A stretch of 34,890 bases of DNA from a virus (lineage: Duplodnaviria; Caudoviricetes): positions 1-34,890 of IMG/VR virus record IMGVR_UViG_3300011338_000865, one strand, 5' to 3'. The position numbers and the translations under genes are program-made. The notes below the pieces were generated by a model. That model worked only from the letters and a program-made list of their open reading frames with translations, had not been told where the DNA came from and did no database searches. The first letter of the stretch is position 1. Each line of letters starts with the position of its first letter. Below, one piece after another: positions 7,600-17,271 of the stretch.

Positions 7600-8829
7600 A
7601 TGGGAGCAAATTTAACTTCGGTTGGTGGCTTGCTTAAGCAAGTATACGCCAACGCAATCAAAGAACAGTTAGAAAACAACAACGTTCTTTGGAAAATCGT
7701 GCAAAAGGACTTCGACATGAAGAACTTGCAAGGTAAAAACATTATCGTTCCTGTTCATACAGGTCGTAATGCTGGTATTGGTGCTCGTGCTGAAGGTGGT
7801 ACTCTTCCAACAGGTTACAACCAAACTCACGTACAAATCCCAGTTCCTTTGAAATTCTTATACGGACGTATTGATATGACTGGTCAAGCGATGCTCTTGG
7901 CTAAGAAAGACATCTCAGCATTCGTAGATGCAAAAGCAAACGAAATGGAAGGTATCGTTAATGACGTTACTCGTGATTTCAACCGCCAATTGCATAACGA
8001 TGGTACAGGTGTAATCTGTCAAGCTAACGGTGCTGGATCAGGTGCAACCACTTTGATCTTGAACAACCAAAACGTTGGTTACAGCGTAGCTCAATACCTA
8101 CAAGGTGCTTACATTGATATCAAAACTACCAGAACTGGTGGTACTACAGAAGTAAGTAATGTACAAGTTTCAGCTGTTACTGCAGACACAACTACTGCTG
8201 CAACTGTAACTCTTGCTACATCATCTACTTGGTCAGACGATTCATTCGTATTCATCTCTGGTAACCAAAACAACGAAATCGTTGGTTTGCGTGGTGCTAT
8301 CGATGATGGTGGAATCTTGGCTACTTACATGGGTGTTGATCGTACAGCAGCTGGTAACCAATACTGGCAGTCTAACGACTTAAACAGCAGTGGTACTCCT
8401 CGTAACACTACAGAGGCAATCTTCGATGATGGTTTCTTGGCTTGTATTCGTAAGGGTGGAAAACCTGATCACGCTATTACAGCCTTCCAACCATTCAAGA
8501 CTTTAGGTGCTGCATTGGTGCAACAGAAACGTTTCATCACTGATAGCGATGCTAAGTTGAAAGATCTTCCAGGTGGATACATGGGATACAGCGTAAACGG
8601 CATCAAAGTCGTTGCTGATATCGACTGTGCTCCTGGTACTATGTACTTACTTCGTGGAGAAGATTTTTGTATTTACCAACCAGGTGATGCAGACTTTATC
8701 GACTTCGGAAGTGGAACTCCATGGTTGCAAACTTCTAACCAAGATGCTGCTACAGCTGCTCTTCGTTGGTATGTTGCATTCTTCTGTTCTCGTCCAAACG
8801 TTCAAACTGTTATCCGCGACCTTCAATAG
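7600..8829 (+). CDS. major capsid protein
   Basis: 409 aa after scaffold; strongly biased codon usage; followed by a terminator; capsid-like segments (ARAEGGTLP, FNRQLHNDGTG, GLRGAIDD). Confidence 0.9.
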   Translation: MGANLTSVGGLLKQVYANAIKEQLENNNVLWKIVQKDFDMKNLQGKNIIVPVHTGRNAGIGARAEGGTLPTGYNQTHVQIPVPLKFLYGRIDMTGQAMLLAKKDISAFVDAKANEMEGIVNDVTRDFNRQLHNDGTGVICQANGAGSGATTLILNNQNVGYSVAQYLQGAYIDIKTTRTGGTTEVSNVQVSAVTADTTTAATVTLATSSTWSDDSFVFISGNQNNEIVGLRGAIDDGGILATYMGVDRTAAGNQYWQSNDLNSSGTPRNTTEAIFDDGFLACIRKGGKPDHAITAFQPFKTLGAALVQQKRFITDSDAKLKDLPGGYMGYSVNGIKVVADIDCAPGTMYLLRGEDFCIYQPGDADFIDFGSGTPWLQTSNQDAATAALRWYVAFFCSRPNVQTVIRDLQ

Positions 8830-8844
8830 GCGTAACAAAACTCC

Positions 8845-8880
8845 AACAAGAGGCCCTGCTAACCACAGGGTCTTTTTGTT
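8845..8880 (+). terminator. rho-independent terminator
   Basis: AGGCCCTG-ctaacca-CAGGGTCT followed by a T-run. Confidence 0.85.
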
Positions 8881-8886
8881 ATTGGT

Positions 8887-8899
8887 ATTGAATATAAAG
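8887..8899 (+). promoter_or_regulatory. conserved intergenic motif, copy 3
   Basis: ATTGAATATAAAG immediately downstream of the capsid terminator. Confidence 0.65.
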
Positions 8900-8910
8900 C
8901 GGTTTTAGGC

Positions 8911-9306
8911 ATGTTTACTGTGGAACATAATTCTTCCCACCATATGCAACACAGTGCCTACCGTCGAGGTGTCTTGTCAAAAGAAGCAGAAGCAATGGAG
9001 ATAGCCTTACAAGAACTAGACCCATATCTGTATGTAGACGCAAAGCATCGTGAGCATGGTCAGTTAGAGGTATGGAGAAACCATCCAACCTGCCACTTGC
9101 CATTACCTGTACTTGATATTCCTCCACATACTCCGGTAAGTGAGGTTATTTTTAAGCTAAAAACAATGGATAATCAGGGGATAGATATTGGCCGTGAGAA
9201 TGCGATCTATTCAGATCAAAAGGCGCGTGAAAGAAAGAAAGATAAGCGTCGAGAGGCTGAGGCTTTTGCGTTCGAGCTTGGTACTTACATTCAAAAAAAC
9301 TTATAA
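8911..9306 (+). CDS. hypothetical protein
   Basis: 131-aa ORF after the capsid gene. Confidence 0.7.
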   Translation: MFTVEHNSSHHMQHSAYRRGVLSKEAEAMEIALQELDPYLYVDAKHREHGQLEVWRNHPTCHLPLPVLDIPPHTPVSEVIFKLKTMDNQGIDIGRENAIYSDQKARERKKDKRREAEAFAFELGTYIQKNL

Positions 9307-9313
9307 TAAATTT

Positions 9314-9730
9314 ATGCCAAATTTTTGCATCAAAGAAAGCATGATTCACATGCCAGTATGGGTAGAGAATCCAACAAGCAAGCCACTTACTTGGAGATAC
9401 GATAATGAGTACACAACATTTGATCCTGGAATGTTCCGTGATCTCAATACTAATGAGATGTGGCCAGTGCCATTTGAAATTGCAGTACACTTCCAGAAGT
9501 CATTACCAGAATTAATTATTCATACGGTTAAGCCAGCAGAGAAGAAAGAGGATGAAATCAACGTAGAAGATCTAAAAGGAAAGCCATTAGAAGACATGGA
9601 TATAAAAGAGCTTCGTGCACTTGGTCATTCTATGGGCCTTACTTTCAATCGCAATCTCACAAAGGCAAACATCATTAAAAAGCTTACACCAGTAGAGCAG
9701 CCAAGTGATGAACAACAACCAACAGAATAA
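9314..9730 (+). CDS. hypothetical protein with C-terminal Rho-N/HeH-like helical motif
   Basis: LEDMDIKELRALGHSMGL...TKANIIKKL; start reassigned to the non-overlapping ATG. Confidence 0.65.
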   Translation: MPNFCIKESMIHMPVWVENPTSKPLTWRYDNEYTTFDPGMFRDLNTNEMWPVPFEIAVHFQKSLPELIIHTVKPAEKKEDEINVEDLKGKPLEDMDIKELRALGHSMGLTFNRNLTKANIIKKLTPVEQPSDEQQPTE

Positions 9731-9734
9731 TTGA

Positions 9735-9747
9735 ATTGAATATAGAG
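9735..9747 (+). promoter_or_regulatory. conserved intergenic motif, copy 4
   Basis: ATTGAATATAGAG; AACAAT 17 nt after TTGAAT. Confidence 0.65.
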
Positions 9748-9787
9748 GTGGGCCGTTGAACAATTCTTGTAGCACAAAACAAATCAT

Positions 9788-10456
9788 ATGGATCTTGCTG
9801 TTATGAGAGAACGGCTCACAGACTACCTCAATGATGACTCGACTCAACGTTGGAGTGAAGAGACTCGTGACGCCTACATAAACATTGCGTACAAACGCTT
9901 CTGTAATACTGATAATTGGCCTTTTCGTGAGGCACTCAGCACTTCTATTACTACGGTAGCTGGCACTCAGTCTTACACTTTGCCACAAACAATTAACATG
10001 CCATTAGGCGTGTGGGTTACTAGTATTAAAGAACCAAATAAGCTCGTCCCAGTTACAAGAAAAGAGCGAGACACCTTTACCTTTAGCGGTAATGGGCGTC
10101 CTTTATTTTACTTTCTTTTTGGACCTGACTCATTACAGCTCTATCCAACACCAGATAATGCCTATCCACTGCTTATTGAATACCAAGCAAGAATAGCTGA
10201 CCTGGTGCTTACAACAGACGAACCTATTTTCGACTCTGATTTTCATTATCTGATCCCTTTATTAGCAGCTTCCATTCTTAAGAGAACAAGTGGTGGTAGT
10301 GATGACAAAGAAGCAGATGGTCTTTATCAGGAGTATTTAGCTGGTCTTGAAGATGCAAAATTCAGAATGCTTCCTCGTGAGTTAGATAGACCGAAGGGTG
10401 TTGCCAGTCTCTACGATTTTGGCGGTTACAGTCCACGAATACAATCAAACTTTTAA
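9788..10456 (+). CDS. head-tail adaptor (tail tubular protein A-like)
   Basis: YINIAYKRF...WPF, TVAGTQSYTLP, GRP..Y, LYPTPD and EPIF...FH pattern typical of podophage adaptors. Confidence 0.8.
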   Translation: MDLAVMRERLTDYLNDDSTQRWSEETRDAYINIAYKRFCNTDNWPFREALSTSITTVAGTQSYTLPQTINMPLGVWVTSIKEPNKLVPVTRKERDTFTFSGNGRPLFYFLFGPDSLQLYPTPDNAYPLLIEYQARIADLVLTTDEPIFDSDFHYLIPLLAASILKRTSGGSDDKEADGLYQEYLAGLEDAKFRMLPRELDRPKGVASLYDFGGYSPRIQSNF

Positions 10457-10465
10457 TAAAATATT

Positions 10466-11392
10466 ATGGCTCAAGTTACTACATCAGGTAATCCGTTTGC
10501 TACTCGTCTTCTTGGAGATGGTACTGGCGTTACCTTCACAACAGCAGACCTAGGAGGAACAGCAAACAATTACGAGCTGCGTGTTGTGGGTTCAGCATAT
10601 TTCAATGTTCCTAGTGGTCTCACAATTACATTACAAAGAACATTTCAGAATCCAGGTGATCCAAATGCTGTTTGGACTACCATTACTACTGGCTTAACCA
10701 ACACTGATTACTACTATAACGGACCACTTGTATCTGGTCTTCGCTTCTTACGTACAGCTGGTACAGGAACAGTAGTTGGAACAACATCAGAAAGACCTGG
10801 AATATCAGGAGGATCAACAACCAGTCCTTCAGTTGTTGTCGGTAATGTAGCAAGTGGAGCAACTGACTCAGGCGCTCCAGTAAAAGTTGGTGGTGTCTAC
10901 AATACATCAGCTCCTACGCTTACCAATGGACAACGTGGAGACATGCAATTGGACGTCAACGCGAACCTCAAGACACGCGAACAGTACCAACCAGGCTACG
11001 AAGATAATACGAACGCAAACGCAGCTATTATCGAGAAATTGTTAGCTGGTGTTTCTACGTATTCTCCAACGTTATTCACCAACTTTGGTGCTAATGCAAC
11101 GCTGAACGTCAAAGCAACTGCGGGTAATGTCTATGCTATTCACTGCCAGAATACCAACGCAGCAATTCGTTATATCCAGATCCATAACACAGCTACTACT
11201 CCAGGTGGTGGCGCTGTTCCATTACTTTCATTTGCTATCCCTGCTTCTAGTTCAGTAACTATAACCCACGATCTATTAGTAGCTGGTGGTGTGTACTTCT
11301 CTACAGGTATTGCATTTGCATTCTCTACAACATTAGCAACGTACACAGCAGGAACAGCAGGTGAACAAAGCACAACCATCCTCTTTAAATAG
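10466..11392 (+). CDS. putative virion structural protein (T/G-rich, multi-domain beta)
   Basis: Composition and position in the structural module. Confidence 0.65.
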   Translation: MAQVTTSGNPFATRLLGDGTGVTFTTADLGGTANNYELRVVGSAYFNVPSGLTITLQRTFQNPGDPNAVWTTITTGLTNTDYYYNGPLVSGLRFLRTAGTGTVVGTTSERPGISGGSTTSPSVVVGNVASGATDSGAPVKVGGVYNTSAPTLTNGQRGDMQLDVNANLKTREQYQPGYEDNTNANAAIIEKLLAGVSTYSPTLFTNFGANATLNVKATAGNVYAIHCQNTNAAIRYIQIHNTATTPGGGAVPLLSFAIPASSSVTITHDLLVAGGVYFSTGIAFAFSTTLATYTAGTAGEQSTTILFK

Positions 11393-11422
11393 AGGGTGTT
11401 TTTCATACATTAACTTATCAAT

Positions 11423-11707
11423 ATGCCAAAATGTTTTATCAATTCAGAGCTTGAGCTAGCTAATGGAACCTCACAATACAAGGTGACATTTGAAGCTGAC
11501 GATGGCTACCAAGAGCAACAAGTATATCAATGCACAGAAGCAGAGCTGAAAGAAGCTTTGACTCACTTTAATGATAGCCACCTAGCAACCAAGGCTGCAG
11601 AAAAAGAAGTGAGCACAGTAGTTGCTCCAGAAGTGATTACCGTGAAGCCATCTAAGGAAGCTGTTGCCAACCTCAAAAAGATCGAAGTTGCAGAAGAGAT
11701 TAACTAA
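11423..11707 (+). CDS. hypothetical acidic protein
   Basis: 94-aa ORF in the operon. Confidence 0.65.
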   Translation: MPKCFINSELELANGTSQYKVTFEADDGYQEQQVYQCTEAELKEALTHFNDSHLATKAAEKEVSTVVAPEVITVKPSKEAVANLKKIEVAEEIN

Positions 11708-11715
11708 CGAATCGT

Positions 11716-13149
11716 ATGCCAAGGACAGCAACAACAGGAAGAGTAAGTAGAGCACCAATAGGATTTAACTCATTACTTTGTAATGGTAATTCACCTACGT
11801 CAGCTGTCTCTGGTGGTAACTTAGGGATCAGTGGTAGTAGTGCGTTTTCTTTTGCTGCGTGGGGCTATTTAAGCTCAGTCACTGGCACACAAACGCTAGT
11901 AGCGCTAGGTGATGCAGCTGGTAGTAATACTGGTGTCATTATTCAGTCATTTTCTAATGCTTGGCAGGTACTCATTCAAGGTACAGGAGTGGTACCAGCA
12001 TCAGTATCTATTCAACAAAACCAATTCTATGAAGTTGTTGTTACGTATGCTGGTGGATCAGCTCCAGTCAACATCTTTGTTAATGGGTTAGCTATTAATG
12101 GAAGTGGTGCAGTCACCATGAATCTCACCAATACGACAGTAAAGATGGGTAGAAACTATAGTAGTGCCAACCCACTCTTTGGAGCATTATCTGATGTCCG
12201 CGTTTGGAATGTTGCTTTAACTGCAAACCAAATTGCTACCATGTATGCGACACGGGTAGTTCCAACAACAGGCCTTGTCAGAAGATACAAGCTGAATGAG
12301 GGAACAGGTTCATCTATCGCTGACAGCTCAGTCACTAATGATACTGGTACGGTTACTAATGCACTCTGGTCTAAGAATAATGTGCCGTATGGTCTCAGTA
12401 TTCCACCAGTTGCCACACCAAATCAGATATCATCTTGTCTCTTTTACTTTGAGGCTGATCAGGGTGTCACGCTTGATGGTTCTAACAAAGTGTCTCAATG
12501 GAATGACTTGTCTGGTAATGGGTCACACCTTACCCAGTCAACAGCTGGTCTACGTCCAGGCTATACACTCTCAAGCATCAATGGGCTTCCAAGTGTTAAC
12601 TTAGTAGCTGGTAGTGGCAATGTCATGAACGCTACTACGACCCTCTTTGCTGCCCAACCACATACGCTTGTTGTTGTTGCTAAGTCTTCGAGCACACAAC
12701 CACTAGCACACAGTGGCATTGTAGCCCTTGGCTCAGGAGGAGCAGGAGGAAATACCACATCAATAGGAACAGATAATGCAAGAAAGATTTGGTTTGGCGG
12801 TGCAGGTGATGGCACACCAGCTTATTTTGTTCCTGTTACTGGAACAACATACCTCCTGATAAAAACCTGTGATGGAAGAACGACATCAGGGTTTATTAAC
12901 AATGTGAGTCAAGGATCAGTGAAGCAGTTAGTAGCATTTATCCCATCACCGCTTACAGCAGCTCTTTTTGGACAGTATTCAACAGGTACAGACTCAGGTA
13001 ACTGGAATGTTGTTTCAGTTGCCGCATTCTTAAAAGAGTTAACACCAGCAGAAATGAATGCATTGAGTAGCTACTACAATACCAAGTATGCATTGGGCCT
13101 TTCAATTGGTTCACGTACAGCAACTAGTGGACGAACGCTCATAACCTAA
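11716..13149 (+). CDS. LamG/concanavalin A-like domain virion protein (two domains)
   Basis: FSFAAW...GALSDVRVWNVALTANQI...LNEGTGS, then FYFEAD...VSQWNDLSGNG...INGLPSV. Confidence 0.85.
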   Translation: MPRTATTGRVSRAPIGFNSLLCNGNSPTSAVSGGNLGISGSSAFSFAAWGYLSSVTGTQTLVALGDAAGSNTGVIIQSFSNAWQVLIQGTGVVPASVSIQQNQFYEVVVTYAGGSAPVNIFVNGLAINGSGAVTMNLTNTTVKMGRNYSSANPLFGALSDVRVWNVALTANQIATMYATRVVPTTGLVRRYKLNEGTGSSIADSSVTNDTGTVTNALWSKNNVPYGLSIPPVATPNQISSCLFYFEADQGVTLDGSNKVSQWNDLSGNGSHLTQSTAGLRPGYTLSSINGLPSVNLVAGSGNVMNATTTLFAAQPHTLVVVAKSSSTQPLAHSGIVALGSGGAGGNTTSIGTDNARKIWFGGAGDGTPAYFVPVTGTTYLLIKTCDGRTTSGFINNVSQGSVKQLVAFIPSPLTAALFGQYSTGTDSGNWNVVSVAAFLKELTPAEMNALSSYYNTKYALGLSIGSRTATSGRTLIT

Positions 13150-13156
13150 AAAGATT

Positions 13157-13906
13157 ATGGCAAGAGTAGCTACTACAGGAAGAGTGAAAATGAGAACCAT
13201 TGCTAGTGTTGCAAAGTTTGATGGCACTTCAAGCCAGATTGACCTAGGTACTGGTGGAGCAATTGCAGCAGCAACAGCTACATTTTCTTGTACATGCTAT
13301 TTAAAAAGAGATAAGGCTACCGGTCTTACTGCAATGGTAGGAGATAACAATAATGCTGCACAAAACCACTGGAATTTCCAGATACAAGGACCTAACAGAA
13401 AACTACTTTCAACTATAATTACTACATCAGGTGCAAAAGCATTGATTGGTGTAAGAAATATCCCACAAGGTTTTTGGACACATGCGGCGCTGACATACGA
13501 TGGAGCACTTATTACCTTTTATGTGAATGGTGTTTTTGATACTAGCACGACACATACAGGAACAGTTTTAGCTTCTACTGCCGGCGTTTTAATTGGTACT
13601 GGATCTGCGCCAGTAGGTGGGGCTTACCGTTTTTTTGGAGGCAGCATAGCAGAAGTAAAGTATTGGGATAGAGCTTTATCTGCAACCGAAATAGCAGATC
13701 TCTACTTTGATAATAGGAATGATACCTCTATTCGTACCAACCTCAAAGGAGAATGGTTGCTTAATAGTAATGTGAATGATTCTTCAGGCTTTGGAAATAA
13801 CGGAACTGCAACCGCTATTACTTATGACACGCTTGATGTTCCACTTAAAGAAAGAACTGCTTCTACTGGAAGAACAGGAGTAGTTAACCGTACATTAATC
13901 ACTTAA
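13157..13906 (+). CDS. LamG/concanavalin A-like domain virion protein
   Basis: WTHAALTYDG...FYVNG...GSIAEVKYWDRALSATEI...DSSGFGNNGT. Confidence 0.85.
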   Translation: MARVATTGRVKMRTIASVAKFDGTSSQIDLGTGGAIAAATATFSCTCYLKRDKATGLTAMVGDNNNAAQNHWNFQIQGPNRKLLSTIITTSGAKALIGVRNIPQGFWTHAALTYDGALITFYVNGVFDTSTTHTGTVLASTAGVLIGTGSAPVGGAYRFFGGSIAEVKYWDRALSATEIADLYFDNRNDTSIRTNLKGEWLLNSNVNDSSGFGNNGTATAITYDTLDVPLKERTASTGRTGVVNRTLIT

Positions 13907-13908
13907 AT

Positions 13909-15474
13909 ATGGCAACAGACCCATACCTTCTTTACCGGGTTCAGAACGTTAACAAAGGGCTAAATACCTACAAAGATATAACACTTCTTGATGATGAAGA
14001 AGTGGCAGGAGTCCAGAACATGGACTTTGACTTCCCAGGTAAGGCTACGCAAAGAGCTGGTTATGAGCGCGTTGGTAATGAAATCAGCGCTTCATTCAAA
14101 CCATTAGGATTTGGACGCCTCAAGATTCAGTCGAATGGCAACGATTATTTAGTCGTTAAAGTAAATACTACGTTCTACTACCTAGAGGATTCTTCAACAT
14201 CTACCTGGACAGCTATTGCAGGTGCTTATAACGCGTCTGAGAGCACGTTTGATGTCTACAATGACAAACTCTATGTCTATAACCCAGTAGATGATCTTTT
14301 GGAATGGACTGGTACTGGAGCATTTACTGCGTATGCAGCTGCACCAAAAGGTAAATTCGGTAAAGTGTACCAGAACAGAGGTTATGTCGCTGGCGTCACT
14401 GGTAACTTATCTCGTCTTTACTATTCAGTCATTGGTGACGTGAAGGATTTTGCAGGTGGTGGCTCTGGTTTCATCGATATCAATAAGAATGATGGTTATG
14501 CTATTACCGGTATTGGTGAATCTGAAGGAACGTTGCTTGTGCATAAAGGTGAAGGTGGAGTATATGCTGTTAGTTTTGATTCATCTTCTGTTCCTTATGT
14601 AACAAAGGCAGCAGCATACGAAGGATGTATCAGACATCAAACAATTAGCAAGTTTGAGAATCAGAGTATTTACCTATCGACTGACTCAGTTCGCTCTATT
14701 GGGCAAGATGCCTATTACCCAGTGTCACAAAGAGATGGGGAAGTATCACTCAATATTCGTCCTAATATTCTCAATTTAAAAAGTACGTTTGGTTCATTAG
14801 CATATGGCTACTATACGGACAATAAGTACTATCTAGCGGTACCAGTAAACCAGAGTGTCTATAACGACATTGTGTATACCTACGCCTATGGAGCTTGGTC
14901 GATGTATCAGGGTGTCTATGCGTACGGGTTTATAAAATGGAATGGATACCTTCACTTTTTTGATTCCAGAAAAGCACAGCTGTACCGCTTTAACCCAGAT
15001 GTAAAAACAGATGATGGTGCAGCTATTAACTCGTATATACAGACAAAAGCATTCCACCTTAGTGATGAGGCGAATAGGAAGCAGCTCCTTGGTATTAATG
15101 TACGACAGCGTGCTGACCAAGGGACATCAGTCCTTATCAACTATGCACCAGACTTAGGAGACTTTGCTGATGGTATGTCAGCTAGCCCAAATACAGACGC
15201 AATTGAAGGCGGAGAACCAGCACCTGGTTTCGGCTCACTCTTTGGTGGTTTTGGTATGTATACATTGCCATTTGCTGGATCAGGCGCAATAGCAGACAGC
15301 ACTATCTTTATGAACTATCGATACTCTTTTAGAAACCATGTGACGTACGCACAAATACAATTCCAACATACCAGCATTAACTACACATGGGGATTAATTA
15401 GCTTTGATTTAGTTTATAGCAGCGGTCCATACCACGATTGGGTCGATATCAACACGACAAAGGTCTACCAGTAG
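13909..15474 (+). CDS. tail nozzle / tubular protein B-like (beta-propeller)
   Basis: GLNT...NMDF...R.GY N-terminus, SRLYYS, DG.AI.SYIQTK; aromatic-rich; synteny. Confidence 0.75.
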   Translation: MATDPYLLYRVQNVNKGLNTYKDITLLDDEEVAGVQNMDFDFPGKATQRAGYERVGNEISASFKPLGFGRLKIQSNGNDYLVVKVNTTFYYLEDSSTSTWTAIAGAYNASESTFDVYNDKLYVYNPVDDLLEWTGTGAFTAYAAAPKGKFGKVYQNRGYVAGVTGNLSRLYYSVIGDVKDFAGGGSGFIDINKNDGYAITGIGESEGTLLVHKGEGGVYAVSFDSSSVPYVTKAAAYEGCIRHQTISKFENQSIYLSTDSVRSIGQDAYYPVSQRDGEVSLNIRPNILNLKSTFGSLAYGYYTDNKYYLAVPVNQSVYNDIVYTYAYGAWSMYQGVYAYGFIKWNGYLHFFDSRKAQLYRFNPDVKTDDGAAINSYIQTKAFHLSDEANRKQLLGINVRQRADQGTSVLINYAPDLGDFADGMSASPNTDAIEGGEPAPGFGSLFGGFGMYTLPFAGSGAIADSTIFMNYRYSFRNHVTYAQIQFQHTSINYTWGLISFDLVYSSGPYHDWVDINTTKVYQ

Positions 15475-15477
15475 CGA

Positions 15478-15490
15478 ATTGAATATAAAG
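15478..15490 (+). promoter_or_regulatory. conserved intergenic motif, copy 5
   Basis: ATTGAATATAAAG; TACACT 16 nt after TTGAAT. Confidence 0.65.
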
Positions 15491-15527
15491 GTCTAGATTT
15501 TACACTTCACTTTGAAACAACATACAT

Positions 15528-17261
15528 ATGGCAGTTACTACTTATAGAGCAGCGAATTTTCAAACCGGTCTAACTCTGAATATGCCTGGCGGTACAGGCA
15601 CAGGAACTTCAACCTGGACACTGAACCAAAGTACTGCAAATTTACCATCAGGAACATTTCGCTTCATTGTCTATACAGATGAGGCTACATTTGCAACTAC
15701 AAAAGAAATTTGTGAGGGTACAGTAACAGGAGGTTTTACTGTTAGTGTTACAGCTAGAAATGCAGAAGGAGACACAACAGCAATTGACCATCCGAATGGT
15801 TCTATCTTCGCGATTGTGAATACAGCTGGTATGGAGAATGCTCAGAACGAGGCTATTGCTGACTTGTACCTTACAGGTGGAACAGCAGTAGTTACAGCTG
15901 GTGAAGCATATGCAGCTACTACCGCAGTTACGAATAACAACGTAGCGCAGGCATACAGTTTACCAACACTTTTACAACAAGATTCATCTACTGGTAAGTG
16001 GCTCAAGATGGCAGGCACACTAGCACTTGGTGCACGTGTCCGTATTGCTATGGCATATGAGGCATCAGCTGGTGATGGATCAAGTGTGCGCATCTATCTA
16101 CCTGGTAGCCTTATTACGTTATCTTCTGCTCAAACAGCTGAGGTCGGAAGAATTGCATCTAACTCGCTCACGTCAGGTGCCGTAGAGTCTACTGTTTTGC
16201 CACCTTATTACTCATATATCGGATGGTGGCCTTCTGCAACCACATTTAAATTTGAAGGTCTCATATTTAACAATGTAAACCCAAAGCAAATTCAGACGCC
16301 AGTAACATCAGGAGAGGCATTTTCTATCCGGGATGCACTGTATATCAAGGCTTCAGATGGTCGCGCTTACAAAGCAGATGCCGCAACATCACAAGAGTCT
16401 GGTACGTGCTATACACCTCTCTTTGCTGCACAAGCAGCAACTGGAGCAGCACAGACTGTTCTAGCATTTACACCAGGTGCTTATATCACTGGATTCGCTG
16501 GTCTCACTCCTGGGGTTCCTTACTATCCAGGTACAGCTGGTGCAATCTCAACAACACGAGGCAAGTTTAGTAGAGTGCTTGGTTATGCAGTATCAGCAAC
16601 TGAGTTTTTGTTTGTTCCTGGTAAAGATAGTGATGATATTATCCTGAGAGGTATAGTTGCTGGAGAAAACTGGACGGTTGGAGAGGCACTTTATCAGAAG
16701 AAATCAGATGGTCGTTACTATCGAGCTGACGCCGATGTTGCTGAATCAGGTATATGTGAGAATCCAGCATTCGCATTTGCAACACATACTGGTGGAGCAG
16801 GATCAGAACAACTTGTTTACTTACCAGGTAGCAACTTCTTTAGTGTTGTAAGTGGTTCAGCAGGTGATCGCGCTTATCCTTCAGCAACTACAGGTGCAAT
16901 AGCGCTCAATACACCACCTAGTTACGATACATTCTATCGAGTACTTGGCCTTTTCTTCCGTGGCAACTCATTTTTATTTACTCCTCAAGAGATGCAGTTC
17001 CTTCCTACTGGCATTCAGGAGAAGGGGTATTGTGGAGCTGAAAGCGTTTCATCACCGATAACAATAGGAGTTGGTGTTAACTTCAAAAAAATCATGGTGA
17101 ATACTCCTTCATCAATAACTTTCACTGTTACAAGCACATCAGGTGTATCCACCGGCCCATCAGCAGTGAATATAAACCGTTTTGGGTTTGGTTTTGTTAT
17201 TCAAAGGGCTTCAGGTGGTGCGTATTACTGGTATGGAACATACCAAACAGTCGGTAACTAA
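15528..17261 (+). CDS. putative tail fibre/spike with three internal repeated domains
   Basis: Follows the nozzle gene; N-terminal anchor-like region; repeats begin near 15891, 16302 and 16656. Confidence 0.7.
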   Translation: MAVTTYRAANFQTGLTLNMPGGTGTGTSTWTLNQSTANLPSGTFRFIVYTDEATFATTKEICEGTVTGGFTVSVTARNAEGDTTAIDHPNGSIFAIVNTAGMENAQNEAIADLYLTGGTAVVTAGEAYAATTAVTNNNVAQAYSLPTLLQQDSSTGKWLKMAGTLALGARVRIAMAYEASAGDGSSVRIYLPGSLITLSSAQTAEVGRIASNSLTSGAVESTVLPPYYSYIGWWPSATTFKFEGLIFNNVNPKQIQTPVTSGEAFSIRDALYIKASDGRAYKADAATSQESGTCYTPLFAAQAATGAAQTVLAFTPGAYITGFAGLTPGVPYYPGTAGAISTTRGKFSRVLGYAVSATEFLFVPGKDSDDIILRGIVAGENWTVGEALYQKKSDGRYYRADADVAESGICENPAFAFATHTGGAGSEQLVYLPGSNFFSVVSGSAGDRAYPSATTGAIALNTPPSYDTFYRVLGLFFRGNSFLFTPQEMQFLPTGIQEKGYCGAESVSSPITIGVGVNFKKIMVNTPSSITFTVTSTSGVSTGPSAVNINRFGFGFVIQRASGGAYYWYGTYQTVGN

Positions 17262-17271
17262 AATAAATACT

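Noticed and set aside
9188-9313. Programmed frameshift at A_AAA_AAC (9294-9300) fusing ORF 8911 to the next ORF
   Set aside because: The downstream ORF is in the +1 frame; a -1 slip meets TGA within about 15 codons; a separate ATG exists at 9314.
17166-17177. GTGAATATAAAC as a further late-motif copy
   Set aside because: It lies inside the fibre CDS and lacks the ATT start; could be chance.
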